Positions 1 to 15,760 of a DNA stretch of 64,000 nt are shown piece by piece (the stretch's first letter is position 1; each line of letters starts with the position of its first letter). Origin of the DNA: the human T2T-CHM13v2.0 reference genome, Homo sapiens; the NCBI GenBank assembly GCA_009914755.4, contig CP068257.2:41536001-41600000 (forward strand), given 5' to 3'. A model generated the notes under the pieces. The model did not search any database, was not told where the DNA came from, and was given only the letters and a program-made list of their open reading frames with translations. Made by a program: the position numbers and the translations under genes.

Positions 1-390
<390 letters not shown>

Positions 391-516
391 CCAGGTTGGA
401 GTGCAGTGGCGCCATCTTGACTTACTGCAGCCTTGACCTCCAGCTTTCAAACGATCCTCCTCCCTTGGCCTCCCAAAGTGTTGGGGTCACAGGTGTGAAC
501 CACCATGTCCAGCCAG
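391..516 (-). mobile_element. Alu-derived fragment with an internal deletion (right-arm start joined to left-arm end)
   Basis: CCCAGGTTGGAGTGCAGTGGCGCCATCTTGACTTACTGCAGCCT...GGCCTCCCAAAGTGTTGGGGTCACAGGTGTGAACCACCATGTCCAGCC. Confidence 0.65.
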
Positions 517-1164
517 CCCTTGGGTTTTGAGATGCTCAAGTTACAGGTGAGAAGTGCTTTGTTTGTTCCGGAATCTGTGTCCTGAGAGGGTTAAAGACAA
601 GGGCTGGCCAGCCCCTAGAACCTGGCCGTGTCACCAGGGGAGCTGTGGAAGCAGGAGGGAAGCAGGAGGGAGGCAGCAGTTCTGTGCCGTGGGGCACCTT
701 GGGCTTTTCTTTTTTCTTTCTAATAGAGAAGCAACATTTTGAATAAATCCACAAAAGCGTAGAAGATCATCTCATCGGTTTCTGTGTGTGAAGTTTCATG
801 CTTATCTAACTGCATTTAGGAAAATTCACGTGTACATTTTTCCCAAGGGGAGCGAGAGGATGTGAGCGTTCTACTTGTTCATTTCATATCTGCTTTTACA
901 AATTCATAGGGAGGGTGAGGAAGGAGCTGTGGTTCTCATTGCGACTGATGTTTGATTATTTGATTCAGGAATTTCACTTCTGGGAACTTGACTTAGGGAA
1001 ATGCTCTCAGAGACGCGTGCGATGTTGTTTGTAACAAGCACATGTGGAGATGTCCCGGGCCCCTCATGAGGCGGCTGCTTGTGTCCGTTTGTACCTCTTG
1101 CCAGCTGTGCAGTGTCGCTCAGCTCCCAGAAGGAGGGAGGCAGGTCCAGGCATTGATGGTTAGT

Positions 1165-1640
<476 letters not shown>

Positions 1641-3653
1641 TGAGCTCCTTGAGGGCCGAACCTGGGCCTGTCAGTTCTGGGCTACCTCCACTTCCCAGCA
1701 GGCCCTCAAGAAGGGTTCCCTAGATGTGGTCTATTCCCACGGGAGACTATCATTCAGCCGTCGAAAGGAAGGGAATTCTGATGCAGGCTAGACAGGAATG
1801 AGGACATTAGGCTGAGTCAAAGAGGCCAGTCACAGACGCACAAGTACGGTGACCTCCCCTTTGATGAGGCCCTGGAGGAGTCAGATTCACAGAGACAGAA
1901 AGCAGAATGGTGGCACCGGGGCTGGGGGATGGGGAACGGGGGCGGAGTGTTGAACGGGGACAGAGTTTGCTTTGCACGATGAAGAGTTCTGTGGCTGGAT
2001 GTCAGGGATGGTTGCACAAGACTGGAATGTACTTGATGCCACTGAACTGTGCACTTAAAAATGGTCATGATGGTAAATTTTACGTTATACATGTTTCACC
2101 ATAGTTCGAAAAATACTTTAAAAAAAGCACCATGTCCCTTGGATTTAGTGATACCGACCCCTCTTTGTCCCTCTGCTTCCCAGTGGTTTCTTCTTGCCCC
2201 TGGGATTTGTAGGGATGGGTTGCCCCTCCACACCTGTGGGTGTTTCTCGTAAGGTGGGACGAGAGATTTGGAAAAGAAAAAGACACAGAGACAAAGTATA
2301 GAGAAAGAAATAAGGGGACCCGGGGAACCAGCGTTCAGCATATGGAGGATCCCGCCAGCCTCTGAGTTCCCTTAGTATTTATTCATCATTTGTGGGTGTT
2401 TCTCGAAGAGGGGGATGTGTCAGGGTCACAAGACAATTGTGGGGAGAGGGTCAGCAGACAAACACGTGAACAAAGGTCTTTGCATCATAGACAAGGTAAA
2501 GGATTAAGTGCTGTGCTTTTAGATATGCATACACATAAACATCTCAATGCTTTACAAAGCAGTATTGCTGCCCGCAGGTCCCACCTCCAGCCCTAAGGCG
2601 GTTTTTCCCTATCTCAGTAGATGGAGCATACAATCGGGTTTTATACCGAGACATTCCATTGCCCAGGGACGGGCAGGAGACAGATGCCTTCCTCTTGTCT
2701 CAACTGCAAGAGGCGTTCCTTCCTCTTTTACTAATCCTCCTCAGCACAGACCCTTTATGGGTGTCGGGCTGGGGGACGGTCAGGTCTTTCCCTTCCCACG
2801 AGGCCATATCTCAGACTATCACATGGGGAGAAACCTTGGACAATACCTGGCTTTCCTAGGCAGAGGTCCCTGCGGCCTTCCGCAGTTTTTGTGTCCCTGG
2901 GTACTTGAGATTAGGGAGTGGTGATGACTCTTAAGGAGCATGCTGCCTTCAAGCATCTGTTTAACAAAGCACATCTGGCACCGCCCTTAATCCATTCAAC
3001 TCTGAGTTGACACAGCACATGTTTCAGAGAGCACGGGGTTGGGGGTAAGGTCACAGAATCTCAAGGCAGAAGAATTTTTCTTAGTACATAACAAAATGGA
3101 GTCTCCTATGTCTACTTCTTTCTACACAGACACAGTAACAATCTGATCTTTCTTGCTTTTCCCCACAGGATTTAACAACAAATCCTAATGCACGTGGGGG
3201 CCAGCGGCAGTGACTGTAGTCCCCTTGGCAGGCGAAGGCCTGTGAGTAGCCAGTGCTATGTCTGGCATTCTAGGCAGCTCCTGGCTCCCGGGCGGATCCT
3301 CCTGTTGCCTGCTGGGCCAGCCTCAGGTCGGCCCTTCCAGCTCTGTAAAACTCAGAAGGCCTTTAGGGCAGGCACTGTGCCACTGACCCCCTCTCTGTGT
3401 CCCAGGGCCCGGTACAATGAGATGATCATGGAATTAAACAGAACAGAACCATGAGGTGTCCACCAGGCCATGCCAGGATGCACTGGCTTCACCTGTGATT
3501 TTGGCACCAGTTTAAACAGTGTCACTTCATTCTGTGCTTCTCCTGATTAGTCTGCCTTCTGGCCGATATATCCCTGGGAGGCAGGTGCAGACCCCTCTTG
3601 ACTATGTACTGTGTGCAGTTTTGGGGACAGAGCTCTTTATGTGGCCAAGGTCT

Positions 3654-3952
3654 GGCTGGGCAAGGTGTCTCATACCTGTAATCCCAGCACTTTGGGAGGC
3701 TGAGGCCAGAGGACTGCTTGAGGCCAGGAGTTTGAGAACAGCCTGGGCAACATAGCAAGACCCCATCTCTACAAAAAATAAATAAAAATTAGCCAAGTGC
3801 GCCTGTGGTCTAGCTACTCCAGAGGCTGAAATGGGAGGATCACTTGGGCCCAGGAGGTTAAGGCTGCAGTGAACTGTGATAGCACCACTGCACTCCAGCC
3901 TGGGCAACAGAGTGAGACCCTGTCGCAAAAAAAAAAAAAAAAAAAAAAAAAA
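3654..3952 (+). mobile_element. Alu SINE, full length with an A26 tail; TSD GGCCAAGGTC
   Basis: GGCTGGGCAAGGTGTCTCATACCTGTAATCCCAGCACTTTGGGAGGCTGAGGCCAGAGGACTGCTTGAGGCCAGGAGTTTGAGAACAGCCTGGGCAACATAGCAAGACCCCATCTC...GCACTCCAGCCTGGGCAACAGAGTGAGACCCTGTCGC(A)n. GGCCAAGGTC occurs on both sides. Confidence 0.9.
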
Positions 3953-4811
3953 GGGGCCAAGGTCCTTTCCCAGGACGTCAGGACGAATGTATGGAGCAGC
4001 AGCAGGGGTCTCAACGAGTGCCGCGCCGTTTCCAGCCGTGCGCACGTCCCTGTGGCTGCCGCAAGGAACAGAACGACTTGGTCATCTTGCAGTGGAAGTC
4101 AGAAGCCTGAAGTGGGTCCCGCTGGGTGATAATCAAAGTGCCAGCTGGCCTGCGTTGCTTCTGAAGCCTCTAGGAGAGAATCCACCTCCTTGCCTCTTCC
4201 AGCTTTTAGAGGCCGCCCTGTTCTGTCATAACTCAAGGCCCTGCATATGGCACAGGTGTGACTGTTCGCGCCCGCAGCTCCTTCACCAACCCTCCTGCCA
4301 CCCTCCTTCCCTGCTTTCCTGTAAGGACCCCTGTGGTGACGTCAGGGCCACCTGGGTATCCAGAAGCATCTCCCCAGCTCGTGATCCCTCACTTAATCCC
4401 ATCTCCAGCTGCCTTTTGCAGAGTAATGTGCACATTCATGGGTGCTGGGGACGGGGACATGGACATCTTGGGGTCGGGGTCATTATTCTGCCCACCACAG
4501 CCAACAATTACAATCAATGGGGATGAGAACTGGAAATGGTCCTGTATGATTCTCTTGCTGCCAGGCTTGAGAGCCAGCCAGGAGCACGCTGGGGGCCGAG
4601 CGTGGGAACGTGCCACATGTGACGGTGCTCCCACGGCTCAGCGCTGCTTCCAGACACAGTCCTACTAGTTGGAGCCTATTTTGGCCACAGCTCTCACCTG
4701 CGTTTTGGTGGTGGGAGGGGTGTTTCTGGGTTCCAGGTGAAGTTGGTTACACCTCCTGGGTGTTCAGGCATCAATGTTCACCTTCATCAAACGTTTAAAA
4801 AATTGTGGTTA

Positions 4812-4951
4812 GGCTGGGTGCAGAGGTCCATGCCTGTAATCCCAGCACTTCGAGAGGCTAAGGGGGGGTGGATCGCTTGAGGTCAGGAGTTTGAGACCAG
4901 CCTGGGCAACATGGCAAAACTACATCTCTACCAAAAATACAAAAATTAGCT
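4812..4951 (+). mobile_element. Alu partial (left arm plus A-rich linker), fused to the next Alu
   Basis: GGCTGGGTGCAGAGGTCCATGCCTGTAATCCCAGCACTTCGAGAGGCTAAGG...CTACCAAAAATACAAAAATTAGCTGGGTGTGGTGGCGCGTGCC then restarts with left-arm sequence. Confidence 0.8.
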
Positions 4952-5413
<462 letters not shown>

Positions 5414-6380
5414 TTAAATATATGTAACATAAAGGTTGCCATTTTAACCATTTCCAAGTGTACAGTTCTGTGGCATTAAGTACATTCACACCGTTTGCGA
5501 CCATCACCGCCACGTCACGGTCAGTTTATGTTATCTTGATTAGGTGCCAGTCCCCAGGGACTCAAACATGAGGCAAAGTGTTGCTGTGAAGGTGTTTTGT
5601 GCGTGCGATTAACATCTACAATCCGTCCACCTTGAGTAAAGGAGGTGATCCTGAATGACATGGGTGGGCCTTGTTCAAACAGTCAAAGGCCTGAAGAGCA
5701 AAAATGAGGTTTCCTGAGAAGAAGAAATTCTGCCTCAAAACTGCAACTCCAATTCCTTCCTGAGTTTTCAGCCTGCTGGCTCATCTATCAATGTTGGATT
5801 TGCCAGCCACCACTATTGATATCGATATCTATATGTATTTCTTAATATCTATATTTATATATCTTATTGGCTCTGTTCCTCCCTGCCTGTCACACAGTCT
5901 GTCTGCTTGCCAGTCTCTCCTATGGGAATGTAGCCCCCTGAAGTCAGGAACTGTCTTTTTTATAGCTGTATCCAGTCAGCTAGTGTGGCACACAGTAGGT
6001 GCTTAATAAAAACATAGCTACTTTCTAATTGCTCTGGCGCTCACATGGAAGTGGCTTGAACAGTAGACGCATGGGAGAGAGCTGTTCCTGGCATCCTGAT
6101 GGCCTGGTGTGCATCTCGGGTAATTCATACAGTATCTTACGTTTGCCCTCTCCTTATTAATGTCACCCAGCCCTACCTATTCTAGGCAGCTGCGTTCACT
6201 CTGGTGAAGGGGATAAGTTCTCTGGGAACCTTCATTTGCTGAGTCAGTGTGGCCACCTAGGGTTTCTGCTTGGATGTGTTCCTGACACATCCGCCCCGGT
6301 CTCCAGCCCTGGGTGGACAGCTCTGCGTAAGTGTTCCCATTGCTCCTAGGAATTCGCTCTAGTCTCAGACCCAACACATT

Positions 6381-6419
6381 CATCCATCCATCCATCCATC
6401 CATCCATCCATCCATCCAT
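6381..6419. repeat. (CATC)n / (ATCC)n tetranucleotide microsatellite, about 10 units
   Basis: CATCCATCCATCCATCCATCCATCCATCCATCCATCCATT read directly. Confidence 0.95.
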
Positions 6420-7886
6420 TCAACAATCTGTGTTCAATGCCTCTTCCCATTTAGCACTGGGGATACAGTGGTGAACAAAAGAGATGACAATTCCTGCCCT
6501 CATGGAGCTTACCTTCTAGTAGAGAAGGCAGACCATACACAAGATAAATAAGGGGACTATACTGAATGTTAGAGAATAACGTGTGTTCAGGAGGAAAAGA
6601 ACTGCCAGAGGAGAGGAGGGCGTGAGATGTGTGGAAGTCCTCATGCATTGGTCAGCTCTTGTTATGGTAATGCTACATAACAAACACCCCTAAGTTCCAG
6701 TGGCTTCCACCCATTCTCTTGGGTCTATGGTTTGCTTGGGTGGTTCTGCCTCAGGCATTGGGTTGGGTTAGGGCCACTCCATGTGTTACCCTTCTGAGGT
6801 TCAGACAGAGGGAACAGCGTCTATGTGGGCACAGCCTTCTCATGGCGCAGGGCTCAACCATGCACGCACATTGAATGCCTTCAGCCGGACATGGCCAAAG
6901 TTATGTCTGCTCACACTCCATTGCCCAAAGCAAGTCACAAGTCGCAACAAGTCAGAAGGCTGGGGACACACACTCTGCCCATAGCGAGCCATGGCAGAGT
7001 CACTCACAAGGTGGGCGCTGTGGTTCGAATGCTTCTCTCAAGAAGCATGTGTTGGAAACTTATTCCCCAAGGCCACAGTGTTGGGAGGCGGGCCTAATGG
7101 GAGGTGATTCGGCCCTGGGGTGACTAGGCGAGAGGCGGGGCCCTCATGAATGGATGAATGCTATAATCGCTAGAATACGTTTGTTATCGTGAATCTGGGC
7201 TCCTTACGAAAGGGTGCGTTGGGTCCCCCCTCTCTTTGCTCTTCCACCTGCTGCTGCGGGATGACACAGCAGGAAGTCCCACCTGCCAACTTCTCAGCCT
7301 CCAGAACTGGGAGGAAATAAAGTTCTGTTCTTTATAAAGTGTGTAGTCTGCGGTATTCTGTTATAGCAGCACAAAATGGATTACGACAGCGGGTTTTCGG
7401 TACAGACCTCAAGGAAATTAGTGCACCAGCCATGCAGAGAACTGCAGGAAGAGCTCTCTGAGGTGGGAACAGGCCATGCAAAGGCCCTGAGGTAGGAGGG
7501 CACATGCGCCTCGGAGAACCCCAAGGGGCCAGCATGGTAGGAGCATTGGGAACAAGGGGAGGCTGGGGCTAGGTCTGTAAGGCACTGCGGGTCACCGTAA
7601 AGAATTTGACTTTTCCCCTGGGTAAGAAGGGAAATCAGGCAAGATGTGGAGTCCAGGAGGGGCCTGATGCAATCCTCGTTTTAGGAATTGCCCCAGCTGC
7701 TGGGTGGAGAATAGACTTGGAGGCAAAGCCATAAATGGGAACCCAGGGAGGCACGAACGGCAACCATCCAGGCAGAGGACAGTGCTGTCTTGGATCGAGG
7801 TGGTGGGGTGGTGAGGAATGGGTAAAGTCTGGACAGTTTTTGCAGGTAGAGGTGACAGAATTTGCTGATAAATCAGGGATGGGGCG

Positions 7887-8222
7887 TGTCTCAGTCCGCT
7901 TGGGCTGCCGTACAAGATACCACAGACTGAGTGATTTAAATAACAGAAATTTATTATCTCAGTTCTAGAGGCTGGAAGTCTGAGATGAAAGTGTCAGAAG
8001 GGCTGGCTCTTCCTGAGGCCTCTCTCTGTGGTTTGCGGACAGCCACCTTCTCCCTGTGTCCTCACAGGGCCTTTCCTCTGGGCACACACATCCCTGGTGT
8101 CTCTTTCTCTTTTCTTATAAGGACGCCAGTCCTATTGGATTAGAGCCCCCTGCTTATGACCTAATGTAATGTTGATTACCTCCTCCTATCTCCAAATACA
8201 GTCACACTGGGGTTAGGGCTGT
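7887..8222 (+). mobile_element. MER/LTR-class interspersed repeat, copy 1 of 3 in this window; exact family name not assigned from memory
   Basis: TGTCTCAGTCCGCTTGGGCTGCCGTACAAGATACCACAGACTGAGTGATTTAAATAACAGAAATTTATT.TCTCAGTTCTAGAGGCTGGAAGTC...TGTGTCCTCACAGGG...CTTATAAGGACGCCAGTCCTATTGGATTAGAGCCCCC...TATCTCCAAATACAGTCACACTGGGGTTAGGG. The same conserved blocks recur at 18040-18726 and 59505-60195. Confidence 0.6.
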
Positions 8223-8231
8223 AGTAACTCT

Positions 8232-8343
8232 TGCCTGTAATCCCAGCTACTAGGGAGGCCCAGGCACGAGGATCACTTCAGCCCAGGAGTTCAAGTCTAG
8301 CCTGGGCAACATAGTGAGAGGCCGTTTCCTAAAAAAAAAAAAA
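8232..8343 (+). mobile_element. Alu monomer-like fragment (FLAM-like) with an A tail
   Basis: GCCTGTAATCCCAGCTACTAGGGAGGCCCAGGCACGAGGATCACTTCAGCCCAGGAGTTCAAGTCTAGCCTGGGCAACATAGTGAGAGGCCGTTTCCT(A)n. Confidence 0.6.
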
Positions 8344-8346
8344 GGG

Positions 8347-8678
<332 letters not shown>

Positions 8679-8689
8679 TGATAGCTGGG

Positions 8690-9360
8690 GTAAGAAAGGC
8701 CGTGGGAACAGCCGGTTTCAGACACGCTGGGTCTAAGACGCTGCGTCTGGCGCTGCTCGGCATCCAATGGGAGCCGTGGAGAAGCCAGGCGAGTGCGTAG
8801 GGCGGAGCCAGCGCACAGGAAATAGGACGTGATGAGGTCAACCGGCTGGTCCAAGTGTGGACGGAAGTAGAGGATGCAAGCACCGAGCCCCGGGGCCCCC
8901 AGCATTGGCGGGGAGGAGCTCGCGGTGCGGGAGAAGCAGGGGACCGCGCATCCTGGAGACCAGGTGGAGCCAGTGCGCCCGGAAGGGGCGTGGCCCGCTG
9001 ACAGCCGCCCAGGAGGCCGGGGGAGGCCTGGAGCCGAGGGCCGCGCGTGGCAATGTGGAGAGACATTTTGGTGGAGTCATGGGGCCACAGCCTGATTGGT
9101 GAGAACAGGAAGGGAAATTGCAGATGGGCCTGGGCCCCCTGGCTCCCGCATACTCCAGGACCAGGGCTGAGTCATCGTTCACCGTGTGTGACCAGGGCCC
9201 CGTGTGGCCGGCTGTCACTCGGTATCCAGTTACCCTGGGCAGACCACTGGCGGCACCCCCCAGCCAGAGGCCGCAGCAACACACACGCCTGCAGGCGACC
9301 AGGCCGGACTGCATGCCCCGTGGGGGAACTGAGGGCGTTTCAGTAACAGAGTGTTAGGGG
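8690..9360. promoter_or_regulatory. CpG-rich island, orphan, about 15 kb 5' of CRYAA; candidate unannotated promoter
   Basis: Dense CpG in unique sequence: CGTGGGAACAGCCGG, GACGCTGCGTCTGGCGCTGCTCGG, GCGAGTGCGTAGGGCGGAGCCAGCGCAC, GCTCGCGGTGCGGGAG, GACCGCGCATCC, GCCGCGCGTGGC. High G+C by eye, not computed. Confidence 0.5.
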
Positions 9361-9793
9361 ACACGGGTTGGGTGGCTTGGAAAGGGCCTAAGGTGGGGTT
9401 TGTTTTAGATTGGGGTGGTGAGGGCGCAGGGGCCCGGTAGGATTCTCTAACAGGGCAGCAGCCACTCATTTAGCAACAGGAGAGGCGTCCAGCGTTTCGT
9501 GGGCTGTGCGGTGACCTTGCTTTTGTGCTTAGACACGATTACGGGTGGCCTTGCTTCATCTCCTTCTGCCATGGTCTCGTGGCCCCTGTCTCAGCTGGCG
9601 TTCCGGGAGGTTGTTTACGTCCAGGAGGAAAGCAAAAGCCTGGCCCTGAGCATCAGGGTGGCTCTGGACGCCAGGGCTGTACTGTGTTCTTTCTCGACAC
9701 GAATGAGTTTCTGGACAGTTTTCCCGGCTAGTGCAGACCCACACTGACTGAAAACCGAAATCTTTGCACATGAGAAAAATAACTCCCATGGCA

Positions 9794-9935
9794 AGGCGTG
9801 GCGGCTCACACCTGTAATCTCAGTGCTTTGGGAGGCCAAGGCAGGAAGATCGCTTGAGGCCAGGAGTTCGAGGCCAGCCTGGGCAACATAAGGATACCCT
9901 GTCTGTACAAAAATAACAGATTAAAAAAAAAAAAC
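9794..9935 (+). mobile_element. Alu monomer (FLAM-like) with an A-rich tail
   Basis: GGCGTGGCGGCTCACACCTGTAATCTCAGTGCTTTGGGAGGCCAAGGCAGGAAGATCGCTTGAGGCCAGGAGTTCGAGGCCAGCCTGGGCAACATAAGGATACCCTGTCTGTACAAAAATAACAGATT(A)n. Confidence 0.75.
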
Positions 9936-12135
9936 AAAATAACACCCATGGTGCAGCCATTTCTTGGGGGGTTATGGTAATTTTAGTAGCAATCATCTAA
10001 GAAGAGGTTTTGTTTCCTCAACCCGAATGCGCTCCCTTTCCTCAAGGCTCTGAGAGCAGCAGGAAGGCTCACCTTCCTTGTTTAGTGAGGTGTTAACCTT
10101 CCTGGGTTCACCCCGGTGCAACGGTTTGTGTCATGCATCAACTTGGCTGGGCCACGGCGCCCGGTTTGGTCAAACGCCCATCTGGATGTTGTCGTGGACA
10201 GCTGTGTAGATGTGATTCGTATTTAGGTCAGTAGACTTTTAAAGCTGGTGACCTTCCGTCGTGTGGGTGGGTCTTGTCCGGTCAGCCAGAGGCCTTAAGT
10301 TCAAAGACTAAGCTTTCCTGAAGAAGAAGGAATTGCACCTCCCTCAAGACTGCAATACAGAAACCCTGCCTGGGTATCCAGCATGCCGCCCTGCAGAACT
10401 TGGACTTGAGACCTCAGTCAGCTCTTGCCTGAGTCTCCAGCCTGCCGCCTGCCCTGCAGATTTTGGAAGTGACAACCCCCACAATTGCCCGAGCCAATTT
10501 CTTCAAATAAATCTCTTTCCCTCCATCCATCCATTCATCCTTCTGTCCACCTATCCTATCGGCTCTGTTCTGTGGGTTCTGTTCCTCTGGGAACCCTGAC
10601 AGATGCCCCTGGTTTGGTGGGTGTCATGGTCTCTGGTGCTGGTGCTACACCCTGTTGCTGCCCTGGCCAGAAGCCTGCAGGTGCCTCTGAGCCCACGGAA
10701 GCTAAGGGGGCCGTTTCCAAGGGGCCGCATTCCCCGCCTCTCTGCTCTTGGGGCTTCGGTCCATTCGGCCCGCGTGAGAGCTAGGAGTGCCACAGTCGAC
10801 ATCCTCAGTGGGATTGGTACCAGTTGCCTACACCAGCAACCCTCTCATGGAGGAGCCTTCGGTGGCTTTGCTCCTTACCCCACCTCCTGCCCCCTCACTC
10901 ACTCCTGCTTCCCAGGTCACCTTCCAAAGGCCCCACACCTGCCTTCTCCTCTCCATCCCCCGAGGTGGGGAGCCAACACCCCCCCAGCAGCCCACCTCCC
11001 TGCTTTCCCTTGGAAGCACTGCTCTCCAGGTGTCCACAGGCAGCAGGGGTTGGGGGGCTCCTTAGCGCCTTCGCCTTGACCAGGCACGTGGAGTCATGGA
11101 TCCAGATCCTGGCTCTGAGAGCGCCTGCTTCTGACTGCAGGCCTGGCCGACCCGTGTCATTGCCCCTCGAGGCAGGGCGGAACCTCTGGGTGGGGAAAGG
11201 TGGGCCGTGCTGCTCAGGAACCAAAGGCAAACCAGCCTTGTCCTCACGCCCAGAGCTGTGTCCAGCCTCCTCGGCGAGCCTGGGTTGATTCCAGGAGAGA
11301 CTAAGCACCCACTGTGTCCCACGCCTTCAGCCACGTCGCCCGTCACCTGCGGCCTGAGTGTTCCCTTCCAGAGGGCGTGAAAAACAATTGTCTGCTGAGA
11401 GGTCTTTGAAGGGGAAACAAGTGCCCGGGGCAGGCCAGGACCGCAGACTGGATCTTGAGGACTGGCAGCGCAGTGTTTTGTGCAGAAAAGCTAAGGGAGA
11501 TGTTACGTGCTCAGACCACACGAAGCGGGCAGCATCGTGGCGGGCTTAGCCCGGGCACTGCCTCTCGAAGCTTCCAGGAGCTTCCTGTAACTTTCCGGAT
11601 GGTGCCGCAGCTGCTTCCCCGGCACCCGGGTCGCCGGGGTTCTGACTGCAGAGGGTTTCTGTGCGGGGTGCGGGGTCCACTCAGGTGAAGCACTCAGGAC
11701 ACCCCTGGTGTGGTGACAGCAGCAGCGTCACTGTCACGGGTGATGCGGCAACAGCTCCTCTCCCTCCTCCAGCACTGGCCTAGGAACTGTTCATTCTTCT
11801 GAACACAGCGAATGCCCAGGGCTTGAGCCCCCCTTGCCTGCCTCCAGTCATTTCTGGGTCAGGTGGGCTAAGAACAAACACACAGTGAGTGTCGAGTCTT
11901 GCCCGGTGACTGACTGCAGAAGCCTCTGTGTGGCTTCGCTCCCGGATGTCTGAAGGCCCCTCCCTGGGCTGCACGGCGGCTCCTGCGGGGCACTGCGGGA
12001 AGAGCCCCAGCTCTCCAGCTAAACCTGTGGGATGCGGCCATGGTGAGAAAAGGAAACGACCATCTTCACGCTGACACTGAGCAAAGAAAAGATAAAACTC
12101 ATAGCAAATTTACCATGTTAGATTTACAAACGTTA

Positions 12136-13159
<1,024 letters not shown>

Positions 13160-14894
13160 TAACGTTGGTATCAAAACCGGATAAGCACAATACAAGAGAG
13201 AGCTACAGGCCAGCTGCATTCAGAGCACAGGTGGAAAATCCTAAACGTAACAGAGCTGAACCCATCGTCCCATCTAGCGCTCCTGGGAGGCAAGCCTGGG
13301 CTGGGGTGCCCCCACCCATCCTGGTGAGAGCCTCGGGCTGAGCTGCCTTGATCCCAAGGGTTCTGCTTCCCCATGGTTCCCCGAAGGGCCCAGAAAGACA
13401 CGTCAGAAAGTTGGGGACGGGGTGAGGGAGGCCATCATCCTTTGGAGCAGATTTGGCCACCTGGAGATGAGAAGAGCCAGTTCTGCAAAGTACCCTCCCT
13501 CCCTTCCTCACCTCCCTTTCACTTCCCTGGGGTGGTACCTCCCAACAAAACATCTGCACCTAGACGCTCCCCAGGCCCCCTCTTCTTGGAAACCTGGGCT
13601 AAGACAGTAACTAAGCTGGGTTGGTTCCAATCATGTGAGATTGGTTTAGCATTAGACAACTGATTCATAAAGTTCTTTGTATTAACATATCAAAAGAGGA
13701 AAAGACGTATGACCTTTTCAGGAACGCAGAAGCAATTTCAGAAAAAATGATACCTACGTAACAACCAGAGCAGTGAGCAGATTCTTTTTAGGTCATGATG
13801 CAAACACATCAACTGTAAAAGAACATATTTGAGACAATCAGGGTTATCTGATGAGGGACTAGGTTTTAGATGACATCGAGAAATTGTTAGGAATCCTGTC
13901 AAACGTGAGAGGGAATTTGCGCTTATAGAAAGAAATGTTCGATTTGTAGGAGAGGTACCTGAAGTGCGCGGGGGTGAAATGACGTGGCGTCTGTGCTTTG
14001 CTTTAAAATACTCCAGTAAAGAAAAAAACCAAGAGAAGCGGGAAGCAGGGCAAAATCCTCCTAATTGTTGGATCTGGCTGAGGAGTATGTGAAGGGCTCA
14101 TTGTTCCATGGTCTCTACTTTTGAGACTGTGTAAAAATTTTCATGATAAAAATAAACTCAATGAAGTAGCATTTGCCGCCACCGTAAAAGTAATACCCCG
14201 TGATGGGCGCACCAGGTGCTGGCCCGCAGGGGGAGGGCGGGACGTCACTGGCTCTGTCCCCGTCACCCATGACCTGCACGTCCTGGCAGTGGTGAGCGCC
14301 CAGTGTGTGCTGTGGGACAGAATTATCTCTAAACCCCCGAAAGAGGATCCTCTCCCCAACTTAACTCCAGCCTCGGAGGGCCTCGGGGGTCTATGGCACA
14401 CTCTCCCTGCTGGCTTTGTTCTGGAAAGGGCTGGCGGGACATGACCGGCCCCACGTTGCACTCTGAGGGCAGCTCGGGGGTCTGCAGGGGACCATCCTGT
14501 GTAACCTGCTGACCTCGAGGAGAAGCAGGGCGAGGGCTTAGCTCAGGCACATTCCCCGCTGAGCCACAACAATGCCCCATCCGCCCTACACAGGCGGATT
14601 TGTGTGTGAGCCCCGCGGGGCCCTGGAGTGGAAAATTGCAGCGCCAGCCTTTGTGGGGCAGACTGCTGGCGTTACGGGAATCCTGTAGATGAAGTGAATG
14701 TGGCCTTTGTGTGAGGGGCTGGCATTGAGCTCGGGTGCAGTGGGGCGGCAAATCGCTGAGGACAGGCTTAAGCTGGGCCGCGGAAACAATGCCGGGGAGC
14801 CACGGAGGAGCCATCGCAGAGGCCGGGAAAAACCTCCCGACAGGGCTCGATCTGTAGAGATATTTGAGAAAAATGATCTCCGAGACAGTGGCTT

Positions 14895-15760
14895 ACACAC
14901 CCCCACGCATACACACCACGGACACACACCACACACATCACACACACACCATACACTATAGATGTACCACACACACACCCCACCACCTATACAACACACA
15001 CCACACACACCACACACACACCATACACTATAGATGTACCACACATACACACCCCACACCACCTATACAACACACACCACACACACCACAGACACACACC
15101 ACAGATATACCACACACACACCAGATACACAACATACACATCACACACACCACACAGACACACACCACAGATACTCCACACTGCACACACATCATACACC
15201 ACACACACACCACACACACATCACACACATCACACACACATCACACACATCGCACACCACACGCACCACAGAAACATCACACACCACACATATACCACAC
15301 ACCCCACATTCCACACACCCCACACATCACATAAACACCACACACACACCACTCACATCACACACCACATATACCACACACATCACATATACAACACACA
15401 CCACACACACACCCCACACATCACATATACAACACACACAGCACATACCAGACACATCACACACACACACACCACACACACTATACACGGTACATTGTAC
15501 ACCACACACCACACACACATCACACACACGTCACAGAAACCCCACACACCACACATATACCACACACACACACCACACACGTCACAGACACACCACACAC
15601 ACCACACCCATCACAGAAACCCCACACACCACACGTATACCACACACACACCACACACGTCACAGAAACCCCACACACCACACACACATCACACACCACA
15701 TATCCAACACACACCCCCCACACACCACACATATCAAATATACACCACACCCCCACACAC
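14895..15760. repeat. CA-rich degenerate minisatellite (CCACACACA / ACACATCAC-type units), about 870 bp, + strand almost free of G and T
   Basis: Reads ...CACACACCACGGACACACACCACACACATCACACACACACCATACACTATAGATGTACCACACACACACC... with an internal 80-bp higher-order duplication (CACCATACACTATAGATGTACCACACA at about 14940 and 15022). Confidence 0.9.
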
